Both the position numbers and the translations under genes were made by a program. Under the pieces are notes generated by a model that saw only the letters and a list, made by a program, of their open reading frames with translations, was not told the origin of the DNA and made no database searches. A stretch of 64,000 nucleotides of DNA from Candidatus Magasanikbacteria bacterium UBA922 (GTDB taxonomy: Bacteria > Patescibacteriota > Patescibacteriia > Magasanikbacterales > UBA922): positions 18,059 through 82,058 of the forward strand of contig DBDW01000002.1 of the NCBI GenBank assembly GCA_002293825.1, in the 5' to 3' direction. This document shows positions 18,476 through 30,380 of this stretch, in pieces; the first letter of the stretch is position 1, and each line of letters begins with the position of its first letter.

Positions 18476-19855
18476 ATGAAAATCCACTTCATCGGCATTT
18501 GCGGCGTAGCCATGGGAGGTCTCGCGCTCGCACTGAAAAAATCTGGTCATACAGTTACCGGCTCAGATAAAGGATTCTTTCCTCCAATTTCAACGTATCT
18601 GAAAGAACATAGTGTTCCCTATTATCCAGGCTGGCATCCTCTCAAAATGATCGAACACGGCACCCCTGACTTGGTCGTCGTGGGTAATGTGGCGTCTTCT
18701 ACCAATCCCGAATGGCTCTATGTACAAGAACATCAGATTCCGTATGTCTCCTATCCTGAGCTCATACAAAAATTCTTTCTAAAATCTCATTCTATTGTGT
18801 GTGCAGGAACGTATGGCAAGACCAGTTCGACGGCACTCATGGCAGAGATTTTGAGGGACGCCACTTACGATCCGAGCTACATGTTTGGCGGATTATCGAT
18901 CGACGGAGTACCAAGCGCTTCGATTGGATCTTCCGATTGGAGCGTCCTCGAAGGAGACGAATACAAAACAGCTCGATGGGACAACAGTCCAAAGTTTGCA
19001 CATTACAATGCCACTCATCTCCTACTCACTGCAGTAGAATGGGATCATGCAGACATTTACCCTACTGCAGAAAAATATGCAGAAACATTTGAAACACTTG
19101 TCCGGTCAATCCCCGTAAACGGCCTCTTGGTGCTATCTGAACGAGCGCACGAATATCATGACTATGCACAAAGTATGGTCGTGACCTACGGTCTCAGCGA
19201 ACACAATGATTACCAATTTTTTGACACACAAACATCATCATCAGGCATCACCTTCAAGATAAAACACCAATCTTCAGTATTTCACATCCAATCTCCTCTC
19301 CTGAGTGAATATCAAGCAGAAAATATTACTGGATGTTTCGCACTTGCTCATTCAATTGGAATTAATGCTGATTCAATTATTGCAAGTATTGCAAAACATC
19401 ACGGACTAAAACGACGAATGGAAAAACGATATGAAGGAGACATCACCGTAATTGACGATATTGCACATTCTCCCACCAAAGCAGCCTCAGCACTTGCAAC
19501 CATACGAAACATTACCGATGGAAAAGTTATTGCCGTATTCGAACCAAACACCGGCAATCGTCAACCGAGCGCAATCGAGGGATACGCACATGCATTCAAA
19601 GATGCAGACATCGTACTCATCCCTCGTCTCACTATTATTAAAACAGATAAAGCCGGAGGAGACGTCCCACTCACTGGTATTGATCTCGCACGCATTATTG
19701 GTAATACACATCCCAATGTGCACTATCATACTACTGACACAGCACTCATCACCACAATCATAGAGACTGCCAAAAGCGGAGACACCATTGCGTTTCTAGG
19801 AAGTCATGGATTTCGTGGAATGATCGAAGAAATCGTACGAAAGGTAAAAATATAA
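18476..19855 (+). CDS. mpl: Mpl-type Mur ligase (UDP-MurNAc:murein peptide ligase)
   Basis: IHFIGICGVAMGGLA...GSDKGFFPPIST, AGTYGKTSST, EGDEYKTARWDNSPKFAHY, DDIAHSPT; closer to Mpl than to MurC. Confidence 0.8.
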   Translation: MKIHFIGICGVAMGGLALALKKSGHTVTGSDKGFFPPISTYLKEHSVPYYPGWHPLKMIEHGTPDLVVVGNVASSTNPEWLYVQEHQIPYVSYPELIQKFFLKSHSIVCAGTYGKTSSTALMAEILRDATYDPSYMFGGLSIDGVPSASIGSSDWSVLEGDEYKTARWDNSPKFAHYNATHLLLTAVEWDHADIYPTAEKYAETFETLVRSIPVNGLLVLSERAHEYHDYAQSMVVTYGLSEHNDYQFFDTQTSSSGITFKIKHQSSVFHIQSPLLSEYQAENITGCFALAHSIGINADSIIASIAKHHGLKRRMEKRYEGDITVIDDIAHSPTKAASALATIRNITDGKVIAVFEPNTGNRQPSAIEGYAHAFKDADIVLIPRLTIIKTDKAGGDVPLTGIDLARIIGNTHPNVHYHTTDTALITTIIETAKSGDTIAFLGSHGFRGMIEEIVRKVKI

Positions 19856-19857
19856 CT

Positions 19858-20406
19858 ATGTCGATACCAGAACATGCTAAAAAAGTATTCACCGGACATA
19901 TCTTCGATGTCTATCACTGGGATCAAGAAATGTTTGACGGAAGTACTCAAACATTTGAAATGCTACGTCGTCAAGGCAGTGTGCAAATACTTCCCATTAT
20001 CGGAGATAAAATCATTATTGCCGAAGAAGAACAACCTAACCTATCAAAACGCTACGGACTAATCGGCGGACAAGTAGACGAAGGCGAAGATGCACATACC
20101 GCTGCAAAACGTGAAATGCTCGAAGAAATAGGCTATATTTCCAATGAATGGAAATTATTTCGTGAACGAAATCTATATACAAAAATAGACTGGACCGTCT
20201 CATGCTTTATTGCACAAAATGTACAAAAAAATATAGAGCCACAGCTTGATATTGGTGAACGGATCACCCCAATATTCGTCTCATTCGATGAATTCATGGA
20301 TGTGCTCATGCACGAGGATTTTCGATCAAAAGACTTGACGCTTGATATTCTCAAACTTCACTACCAAGGGAGACTGGAAGAATTTAAAAAGATGTTGTTT
20401 AACTAA
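19858..20406 (+). CDS. Nudix hydrolase
   Basis: GGQVDEGEDAHTAAKREMLEEIG Nudix box. Confidence 0.92.
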   Translation: MSIPEHAKKVFTGHIFDVYHWDQEMFDGSTQTFEMLRRQGSVQILPIIGDKIIIAEEEQPNLSKRYGLIGGQVDEGEDAHTAAKREMLEEIGYISNEWKLFRERNLYTKIDWTVSCFIAQNVQKNIEPQLDIGERITPIFVSFDEFMDVLMHEDFRSKDLTLDILKLHYQGRLEEFKKMLFN

Positions 20407-20483
20407 AACAATGTAATTACCAACTTGCCGGAACATTACATTTTTTCATTTCACGTAAATAGTAGTATCTGGCAAGCAAAAAA

Positions 20484-20513
20484 ACGTCATCCCCGCTTTC
20501 GCAGGAATGACGT
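20484..20513. repeat. REP-like palindrome, probable terminator between convergent genes
   Basis: ACGTCATCCCCGC-TTTC-GCAGGAATGACGT; the minus strand reads GTCATTCCTGCGAAAGCGGGGATGAC, resembling GTCATTCCCGCGAAAGCGGGAAT-type REPs. Confidence 0.6.
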
Positions 20514-20529
20514 AATAGACAAACCGAGT

Positions 20530-20697
20530 TTATTTCCCCTCATCCACAATTTCCGCCAAAACTTCACCCGCACTGTCGATATTGGTAATCATAAGTGTGA
20601 TACCACAGGTCTCGCACTCAATAATCTGATCTACTACCAGATTAGGATAGAGTGACAAATCGACATGATTTTTACATTCTAGACAGGTAAGAGTCAT
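20530..20697 (-). CDS. LysW-like zinc-ribbon carrier protein with atypical C-terminus (...EIVDEGK)
   Basis: 55 aa, CLEC...CETC, acidic, LysW-like spacing (IIECETCGITLMI); start at ATG 20697. Confidence 0.75.
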   Translation of the reverse strand: MTLTCLECKNHVDLSLYPNLVVDQIIECETCGITLMITNIDSAGEVLAEIVDEGK

Positions 20698-20765
20698 ACA
20701 TGATAGGGTATTATAATTAAGGAATGAAAAAACTATAACACGATATTTTTTCCTCGTCAAAAAAT

Positions 20766-21650
20766 ATGAAGACTCCACAACAATCTTATCAACAACTAAA
20801 CGATGCATTGGGAATTGAAATATATCTCAAACGTGAAGATCTCCATGCCTATGGTTCGCACAAAGGACGTTCGATCCCACACATGATCGAATACTATGCA
20901 AAAAAACAAAACCAATCATCATTCGTCATCTCGTCTTCGGGCAATGCGGCACGCGCGGCAATAAAATATGTGGTACTGCACAACCGAAATAATCCGACAC
21001 ACATCCTAACGCTCGAAGTCTATATCGGAAAAAAAATATCAGAAGAAAAACGGACCATTCTCGAAGCGGAGCGTGAAGGAGACCCACATATCACGATCAC
21101 TGAGACCGAACGCCCCAAACAAGAAGCATTTACCAAAGAAAAATCAGGTGAAGCCATAAATCTGAGACAATCTACCGACGACACAGCACTCGAAGGATAC
21201 TACGAACTTGGAAAAGAGCTTTCACATATTCCGAATCTTTCTGCAATTTTTATACCAACATCATCAGGAACTACCGCACAAGCACTTGGCACTTTTTTTG
21301 AAAAAAATAAATTACACCCTCAAATCCATAGTGTACAAACCGAAGCATGTCACCCAATCGCAGCATTCTTTGATACTGATTTCACCAAAACCACCTCATC
21401 GCTCGCACAAGCGATTGTCGACAACGTAGCTCACCGAAAAAACAATGTAATAGATGCAATACAAAAATCAAAAGGATCAGGCTGGGTAGCAACTGATACG
21501 GAAATACACGATGCAATCAATCTAATTAAAGATACGTGTAGTATTATCATCTCACCTACTGCAGCCCTATCGGTCGCAGGGCTCACAAAAGCACTCAAAA
21601 AAGGCTGGAAATTTGATGGTCCTGTGGTATGTCTTATTACAGGAATGTAA
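20766..21650 (+). CDS. PLP-dependent fold-type II enzyme (threonine synthase/cysteine synthase/dehydratase superfamily)
   Basis: YLKREDLHAYGSHKGRS (PLP Lys), SSSGNAA, PTSSGTT, SPTAALSVAG, CLITG. Confidence 0.88.
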   Translation: MKTPQQSYQQLNDALGIEIYLKREDLHAYGSHKGRSIPHMIEYYAKKQNQSSFVISSSGNAARAAIKYVVLHNRNNPTHILTLEVYIGKKISEEKRTILEAEREGDPHITITETERPKQEAFTKEKSGEAINLRQSTDDTALEGYYELGKELSHIPNLSAIFIPTSSGTTAQALGTFFEKNKLHPQIHSVQTEACHPIAAFFDTDFTKTTSSLAQAIVDNVAHRKNNVIDAIQKSKGSGWVATDTEIHDAINLIKDTCSIIISPTAALSVAGLTKALKKGWKFDGPVVCLITGM

Positions 21651-21666
21651 TTGATATTTTTTGCCT

Positions 21667-24471
<2,805 letters not shown>

Positions 24472-24557
24472 GAGCTTCTTTTAAAAAGATAGTTGAACGG
24501 GCTGCCATAAGGAAGCCCGCCCTGAATCGAAAAGTGCCCGTCTTCAGCGAGACTTTT

Positions 24558-24807
24558 TCAGTACACGCTCATGCTGTGCAGGCAATCGACCACTGGCCGA
24601 ACTCTGCCTCCGACTGCGACTTCTCCGCGACCATTGCTGGGCAGGATGACGACGTGTCCGTATGCCACAGCGAGCACGATCCTGCTTAGCGCACCGACCA
24701 GCATGTTCTTTCTCTCGTTCACCAGGTCGAAGCTGTCTTCGTCCCGGGCCAGGAGGTACCCAGCAGAGCTGGGTCCACAGACCGATGACACACACCGAGA
24801 TAAACAT
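24558..24807 (-). pseudogene. GC-rich foreign-looking small gene with an apparent +1 frameshift
   Basis: GGAGGT SD before ATG 24807; GC-rich third positions switch frame at TGG-G-TAC (24759-24761); fused product MFISVCVIGLWTQLCW/YLLARDEDSFDLVNERKNM...HSMSVY. Confidence 0.5.
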
Positions 24808-24851
24808 GAGAGACCTCCGATTCTTGGTGTTGGAACAAGGAACTAGAAAAT

Positions 24852-24880
24852 ATACTATAAAACAGTATTCAAAAAGTCAA
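24852..24880 (-). promoter_or_regulatory. Sigma70-type promoter for the GC-rich insert
   Basis: Minus strand reads TTGACT-17 nt-TAGTAT. Confidence 0.55.
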
Positions 24881-24936
24881 CTCTCTTGTGGTATTCAGAT
24901 ATCTTGGTTACAATACAGTTATCTAAACAATCCGCT

Positions 24937-25347
24937 ATGTATCTTCCAGAAAAAACAATCATGGCATCAGGTCCTGTCATTATTGAGAAGGATAAAGTTT
25001 TGCTCAATAAAGAGAAAAAAACAGATGGAAAAATTACACCGTGGCTTTTCCCCGGTGGCAAAGTCGAGTCGTTTGATATCTCACTTGAAGAAGCATGCAA
25101 ACGAGAAGTGATGGAAGAAATGGGGCTGGAAATAGAAATCATACGTCCACTCAAGCCCATGATTATCACTCGCCCGGACCAGCCAGACAAAATGGCGATC
25201 CTCATCCACTATCTTGCAACCCGAACCGGTGATATACAGCCAGGCGAAGGGATTGTTGAATGGAATTGGTTCGATATCAACACTCTACCCGAAGATTGCG
25301 CACCAAATGTAAAAGCAGTGATTGAAGAATATAAAAATAATGTATAA
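24937..25347 (+). CDS. Nudix hydrolase
   Basis: WLFPGGKVE...EEACKREVMEEMG. Confidence 0.9.
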   Translation: MYLPEKTIMASGPVIIEKDKVLLNKEKKTDGKITPWLFPGGKVESFDISLEEACKREVMEEMGLEIEIIRPLKPMIITRPDQPDKMAILIHYLATRTGDIQPGEGIVEWNWFDINTLPEDCAPNVKAVIEEYKNNV

Positions 25348-25437
25348 ATCACATTATATCTTTTTCCATGTATTTTGTATGTTATAAGATTACTCTAGCA
25401 CCATTACACACAGCTTATAACTCACATCTTCTTCGTT

Positions 25438-26688
25438 ATGAACAAACAACCTATCAAAACCTTCGATTCTTCCCTATTCCAGGCTCTGGAAAAAGAACGT
25501 AACCGCCAGGAATCAGGGCTTGAAATGATTCCGTCGGAAAACTTCGTCTCGCTCGCAGTCCTTGAAGCCTTGGGATCAATTGCCACCAATAAATATTCTG
25601 AAGGTTACCCCGGCAAACGATATTATGGTGGATGCGAATTTATCGATGAGATAGAAACACTCGCGATTGACCGAGCCAAACAATTATTTGATGCAGAGCA
25701 CGTAAATGTACAGCCCCTGTCTGGTGCACCTGCAAATATTGCAGTCTATTTCGGATTACTGAAACCAGGTGACACAATCCTCGGAATGGATCTGGCACAC
25801 GGGGGACATCTGACACATGGACACCCCGTTACACACATGACCAAAGTATTCAATTTTATCAGATACAAAACAAACGAGGCAGGAAAAATCGACCTCGACA
25901 ATCTTCGAGCAATGGCGATTGAACACAAGCCCAAAATGATTCTCGTAGGCTATAGTGCATACTCCCGAGAAATTGATTATGCTGCAGTAAAATCTATTGC
26001 AGATGAAGTAGGAGCACTTACGATGGCAGACATTGCGCACATTGCAGGGCTTATTGCCGGCGGAGAAATGAATAACCCAGTTCCCCTGTTTGACGTAGTG
26101 ACAACTACCACGCACAAGACACTCAGAGGTCCTCGTGGTGGTATGATCATGTGCAAACGTGAACACGCAAAAGCGATCGACAAATCAGTATTCCCCGGTT
26201 TCCAGGGCGGTCCGCATGAAAATAATATTGCGGCAAAGGCTATCGCATTCAAAGAAGCTCTTGAACCCTCGTTCAAGGAATACGCGAAGCAAATCAGAAA
26301 AAATGCAAAAGTACTGGAAACAGAATTCACTGCTAAAAACTATCGCCTCATGTTTGGCGGCACTGACAATCATTTGTTATTGATCGATGCAGTCATAAGT
26401 AAAGGAATCAGCGGAGCTGAAGCTGAAGCAGCACTCGATAAAGCAGGAATCACCGTAAACAAAAACATGATTCCCGAAGACACCCGATCCGCCATGGATC
26501 CGAGCGGCATTCGTCTCGGCACTCCGGCTCTCACTACGAGAGGATTCAAAGAATCAGAAATGAAAACAGTCGCGGAATTGATCGATCGAGTCCTCAACAA
26601 CTCGACAAATGATTCAGTACTCTCTGAAATCAAGGCTGAAGTAAAAAAACTTACCGAACAATTTCCACTATATCCTGAATTGGCGTAA
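25438..26688 (+). CDS. glyA: Serine hydroxymethyltransferase
   Basis: NKYSEGYPGKRYYGG, GGHLTHG, TTTTHKTLRGPRGG, SGIRLGTPALTTRG. Confidence 0.99.
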   Translation: MNKQPIKTFDSSLFQALEKERNRQESGLEMIPSENFVSLAVLEALGSIATNKYSEGYPGKRYYGGCEFIDEIETLAIDRAKQLFDAEHVNVQPLSGAPANIAVYFGLLKPGDTILGMDLAHGGHLTHGHPVTHMTKVFNFIRYKTNEAGKIDLDNLRAMAIEHKPKMILVGYSAYSREIDYAAVKSIADEVGALTMADIAHIAGLIAGGEMNNPVPLFDVVTTTTHKTLRGPRGGMIMCKREHAKAIDKSVFPGFQGGPHENNIAAKAIAFKEALEPSFKEYAKQIRKNAKVLETEFTAKNYRLMFGGTDNHLLLIDAVISKGISGAEAEAALDKAGITVNKNMIPEDTRSAMDPSGIRLGTPALTTRGFKESEMKTVAELIDRVLNNSTNDSVLSEIKAEVKKLTEQFPLYPELA

Positions 26689-26696
26689 TTTTTCAT

Positions 26697-27134
26697 ATGC
26701 CCACCTACATCACCCATTCAACCCACGAAACACGAGCGATCGGAAAAGATCTGGCAAAAATACTCCAGGGAGGTGATATCCTCATTCTCAAAGGGCCCTT
26801 GGGTGCTGGAAAAACTGCATTTACCAAAGGCATTGCAGAAGGGCTCGGTATTACCAAAGAGGTAACCAGTCCCACCTTTACCATTATGAGTGTTTATGAA
26901 GTTCCCGGTCATGACACTATCAAAGAATTCGTCCATGTAGATACCTATCGAGTAGAATCATACGAAGAATTACTCGAAATTGGATTCGATGAGTATCTGG
27001 GAAAACAAGATACCATTACCATTATCGAATGGCCGGAAAAAGTAGAAAAATTACTTGAAAATAGAAAACTAGTTGTCATTACGTTTGCCGCAGGAACCAC
27101 AACTGAGAGAACAATTACGATTGAAAAGGATTAA
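26697..27134 (+). CDS. tsaE: tRNA t6A37 biosynthesis ATPase TsaE
   Basis: GPLGAGKT, VTSPTF, HVDTYR, IEWPE. Confidence 0.96.
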   Translation: MPTYITHSTHETRAIGKDLAKILQGGDILILKGPLGAGKTAFTKGIAEGLGITKEVTSPTFTIMSVYEVPGHDTIKEFVHVDTYRVESYEELLEIGFDEYLGKQDTITIIEWPEKVEKLLENRKLVVITFAAGTTTERTITIEKD

Positions 27135-27847
27135 TAAATAGAATCAGACTCTTTATTTAAAAAAGTTAATAACAGAGGATTTATTTTAACTCTTCCTGCA
27201 TCTGCTAATCCAATACCTGTCACTTCTTTAAAGAGACTAAAAGTAATTTTAAAAATATAAAGTGCCTCTTTCTTTTCGTCTTGCGAGTTATTTGACCATG
27301 CATGCAAATATTTTTTCCGACTAGTTTTTATTTTATTAAACCATTCTTTCTGAATATCAGTAATAAGTCCAAAGGCTGTCAAAATTTCTAATTTACGTTC
27401 TTGACCTAAATTTTCAAATGTCATATTAAACAGCTGTTCTTCTTGCTTCTTTGAGATAGTTTGTCCTTTTAATTTTACGTTATTAATTTTCCACATAAGT
27501 ATTGCAAGCATTTCTCCTACAACACCACAACAAGCTATAACAGCCAAATAATTACCCAGACAATAATTAATTTTAGCAAGCCGTAATGGATTGAGTAATC
27601 GATCCGATACTTCTTTAGAGTGCGGAACAATAAAACTATGGGATTCTTTAGTAGTCACCTCAACATATCGCTTCAAAATTTTTTCAGAAAGCGCAGACGC
27701 AGGTAATTCAAAAAATGATTCTAAAATAGTCCGATTAATTTCATGATTAGTACCTTTCACTAATTTTGGATCTAAAATTTTTGATATATCCTCTTTTTTT
27801 AAAAAAGGTCCAAAAAAGTTTATTTTTACATTTACTCGACTGTCCAT
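27131..27847 (-). CDS. AT-rich hypothetical protein, probable HEPN domain
   Basis: AKINYCLGNYLAVIACCGVVGE helix plus RKKYLH (Rx4H) motif; visibly more AT-rich than its flanks. Confidence 0.6.
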   Translation of the reverse strand: MDSRVNVKINFFGPFLKKEDISKILDPKLVKGTNHEINRTILESFFELPASALSEKILKRYVEVTTKESHSFIVPHSKEVSDRLLNPLRLAKINYCLGNYLAVIACCGVVGEMLAILMWKINNVKLKGQTISKKQEEQLFNMTFENLGQERKLEILTAFGLITDIQKEWFNKIKTSRKKYLHAWSNNSQDEKKEALYIFKITFSLFKEVTGIGLADAGRVKINPLLLTFLNKESDSIY

Positions 27848-27861
27848 AGAATATACCAAAG

Positions 27862-29112
27862 TTATTTCCCAAAATAATCTCTTCCTCGCAATTCATCCGG
27901 TAAATATTCCTGCTCCACCACCCCTTCATAATCAGGATTGTACTTATAATCTTTCCCATATCCGATATTCTTCATAAGCTTGGTCGGAGCATTTCGGAGA
28001 TGTAGAGGAACACCCCTATGCGACGTCTCCCGCGCATCTGCCGCAGCACGCCCATATGCCCGATACAATGCGTTTGATTTCTTCGATTTAGCGCAATACA
28101 CGACCGCCTGGGCGAGGTGCACAGTGCACTCCGGCATCCCGATCTTATGCACCGCATCATACGCCGCATTTGCCTGGATCAATGCCTCACTATTTGCCAT
28201 ACCAATATCTTCGCTTGCAAATCGAAGTACCCGACGTGCGACATACAAAGGGTCAGCACCACCCTCCAGCATTCGTGCAAGCCAATACAAACTCGCATTT
28301 GCATCACTTCCCCGCATAGATTTATGTAATGCGGAAATCAGATTGTAAAACTCTTCACCTTTTTTATCAAAAATAACATGGGTCCGTTGCAAAGCCTCAC
28401 GAATATCTTTTTCACTCACGATAATTTTAGTTTGTTTGTTCCCTGAGCTCTGTTTCGCACGATACGCAAGCTCGAGTGCATTAAGTGCCACTCTAGCATC
28501 TCCTCCCGACATTTCTGCAATATAATCTACCACCCCACTTTCAAGTTTTATATTTTCCTCACCAAGTCCCCGTTCTCGATCATGCAATGCCCTCTCAACA
28601 ATCTCAATGATATGACGCTCTTCCAAGCGTTCAAGTATACAAACACGAGTTCTTGAAAGCAGAGGAGAAATAATCTCAAAGGACGGATTTTCAGTTGTCG
28701 CACCAATGAGAATGAGTGCTCCACGCTCAACATGTGGCAAGAGCGCATCCTGTTGTGCTTTGTTCCAGCGATGAATTTCATCAACAAAAAGGATCGTCTT
28801 CTTTCCATCCTCCATAAATCGCTTCTCTGCTTCATCTACTGCATCAGTAAGTGCCTTCTTCCCACCTTCCACAGCTGAGATGGTTACAAACGGTAAATCA
28901 GCAACCTCTGAAATAAGCATGGCAAAACTCGTTTTCCCCACTCCCGGAGGTCCCCAAAGCATCATCGACAATACCTCTCCTCGCTCGATCATGGAACGAA
29001 GTACTGAATCCTTACCTGTCAATTGTTCCTGTCCTACGTATTCATCAAAATTTCTGGGACGCATGCGATATGCGAGTGGTTCACGTATATTGTTTTTATT
29101 TTGTAAATCCAT
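27862..29112 (-). CDS. rarA: Replication-associated recombination protein A (RarA/MgsA)
   Basis: PLAYRMRP, WGPPGVGKT, DEIHRWNKAQQD, ISALHKSMRGSD, VPLHLRNAPT. Confidence 0.97.
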   Translation of the reverse strand: MDLQNKNNIREPLAYRMRPRNFDEYVGQEQLTGKDSVLRSMIERGEVLSMMLWGPPGVGKTSFAMLISEVADLPFVTISAVEGGKKALTDAVDEAEKRFMEDGKKTILFVDEIHRWNKAQQDALLPHVERGALILIGATTENPSFEIISPLLSRTRVCILERLEERHIIEIVERALHDRERGLGEENIKLESGVVDYIAEMSGGDARVALNALELAYRAKQSSGNKQTKIIVSEKDIREALQRTHVIFDKKGEEFYNLISALHKSMRGSDANASLYWLARMLEGGADPLYVARRVLRFASEDIGMANSEALIQANAAYDAVHKIGMPECTVHLAQAVVYCAKSKKSNALYRAYGRAAADARETSHRGVPLHLRNAPTKLMKNIGYGKDYKYNPDYEGVVEQEYLPDELRGRDYFGK

Positions 29113-29134
29113 ACTAACCAGCAAACCAGACTAC

Positions 29135-30229
29135 TTACTTCACTCCAAACCAAAACGCATACAACTTCCGAGCAACAGACTCCTTGAGGCGTGCCCACCA
29201 CCCTCGTCTATTCCACCGATCATGATCCAATTCATCAGCCTCACCAATCCATTTTTCAAGCACGCGCTTGATCCGCGCAACAGTCTTCTTATCGCTCAAT
29301 CGCACATTCACCTCCTGATTATACTTAAAGCTAGAATGCTCGAGATTACTCGTACCTACAAATGCAAACTCATCATCGACCACCACGCCTTTGCCATGCA
29401 TCATTTTTTTGGTCAAATGGATATTCACTCCAAGTTTTTTCATAACAGAAAACCACGCATACGCAGCGTACGTTGCAAGACGCACATCAGTACGAAATGG
29501 AATCAATAAATCCACCTTTACTTTACGTTTACGTGCTGTCCAGAGTGCATGCAAAAATTGTTTATCCGGAAAATAATACGGTGAAAACAAAATCACTCGT
29601 TCACGAGCCTTATAAATCGCTTCGAGATATTTATTTCTAATCCGAGAACCAGTTCGATCGATATCGTCAAAAACCACATCAAATACATCTTTACGCACTC
29701 GATATCGGTAACTCAATAAATGTCGCACACTTTGTCGATCTCCGCCACAGATAATATACGTTTTTGCAAACGATCGAGACAGCGAACGGACTGCTTTACC
29801 CGTAATCTCGACCACGAGATCATCCCATGTTTCCATATCTTTCGCGACATTCACTCCACCGACAAATCCAATCTTCTCATCAACTACCAAAATCTTACGA
29901 TGTGTCCGGCGAGTAATCCATTCTCGAAAATGAAAAATTGGATGTCGCTGTGGACGAAATATACGGATATCAATACCACATTTTCGAAGCTCATCAATCT
30001 TCTTACTGGAAAACCAAAAACTACCCCAATAATCAAGGATAATGCGTACATCCACCCCCTGCCGTGCTTTCTCCATCAAAACCTCAAAAAAACGCTTTCC
30101 CGCATCATCATCAACCAGAATATACATCTCCCAATAGATAGACCGAGTAGCGCCCTGCATAGCCAGAAGCATGGCTTCCCATGCTTCTTTGGTAGTATGA
30201 TAAATATTGTAGGTAGGATTCTCAGCCAT
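29135..30229 (-). CDS. Cardiolipin synthase (ClsB-like phospholipase D)
   Basis: Two HKD motifs: HRKILVVD and HGKGVVVDD. Confidence 0.9.
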   Translation of the reverse strand: MAENPTYNIYHTTKEAWEAMLLAMQGATRSIYWEMYILVDDDAGKRFFEVLMEKARQGVDVRIILDYWGSFWFSSKKIDELRKCGIDIRIFRPQRHPIFHFREWITRRTHRKILVVDEKIGFVGGVNVAKDMETWDDLVVEITGKAVRSLSRSFAKTYIICGGDRQSVRHLLSYRYRVRKDVFDVVFDDIDRTGSRIRNKYLEAIYKARERVILFSPYYFPDKQFLHALWTARKRKVKVDLLIPFRTDVRLATYAAYAWFSVMKKLGVNIHLTKKMMHGKGVVVDDEFAFVGTSNLEHSSFKYNQEVNVRLSDKKTVARIKRVLEKWIGEADELDHDRWNRRGWWARLKESVARKLYAFWFGVK

Positions 30230-30380
30230 AAAAAGTTCGGAGCTAATAGCGAGAAAGTTCAGAGTGAATACAAATTCGTATTTTCTTGTATTTTTAAACT
30301 TATTCTCTCATATATACCGTACCACTCTTTTCACTTCCAATCAACCCCAACCGTACCACCCTGTCACTCCTGAATCTTGG

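Noticed and set aside
20530-21650. Canonical LysW-dependent lysine/arginine biosynthesis
   Set aside because: No EDWGE terminus and no kinase, reductase, aminotransferase or LysK-type peptidase in the window
24544-24807. 87-aa Arg-rich ORF as an intact protein
   Set aside because: After codon 16 its composition looks off-frame and the codon bias continues in the neighbouring frame
28880-30373. Long plus-strand ORFs of 209 and 217 aa
   Set aside because: Antisense to rarA and cls with no recognisable motifs; the same applies to most other short ORFs in the track
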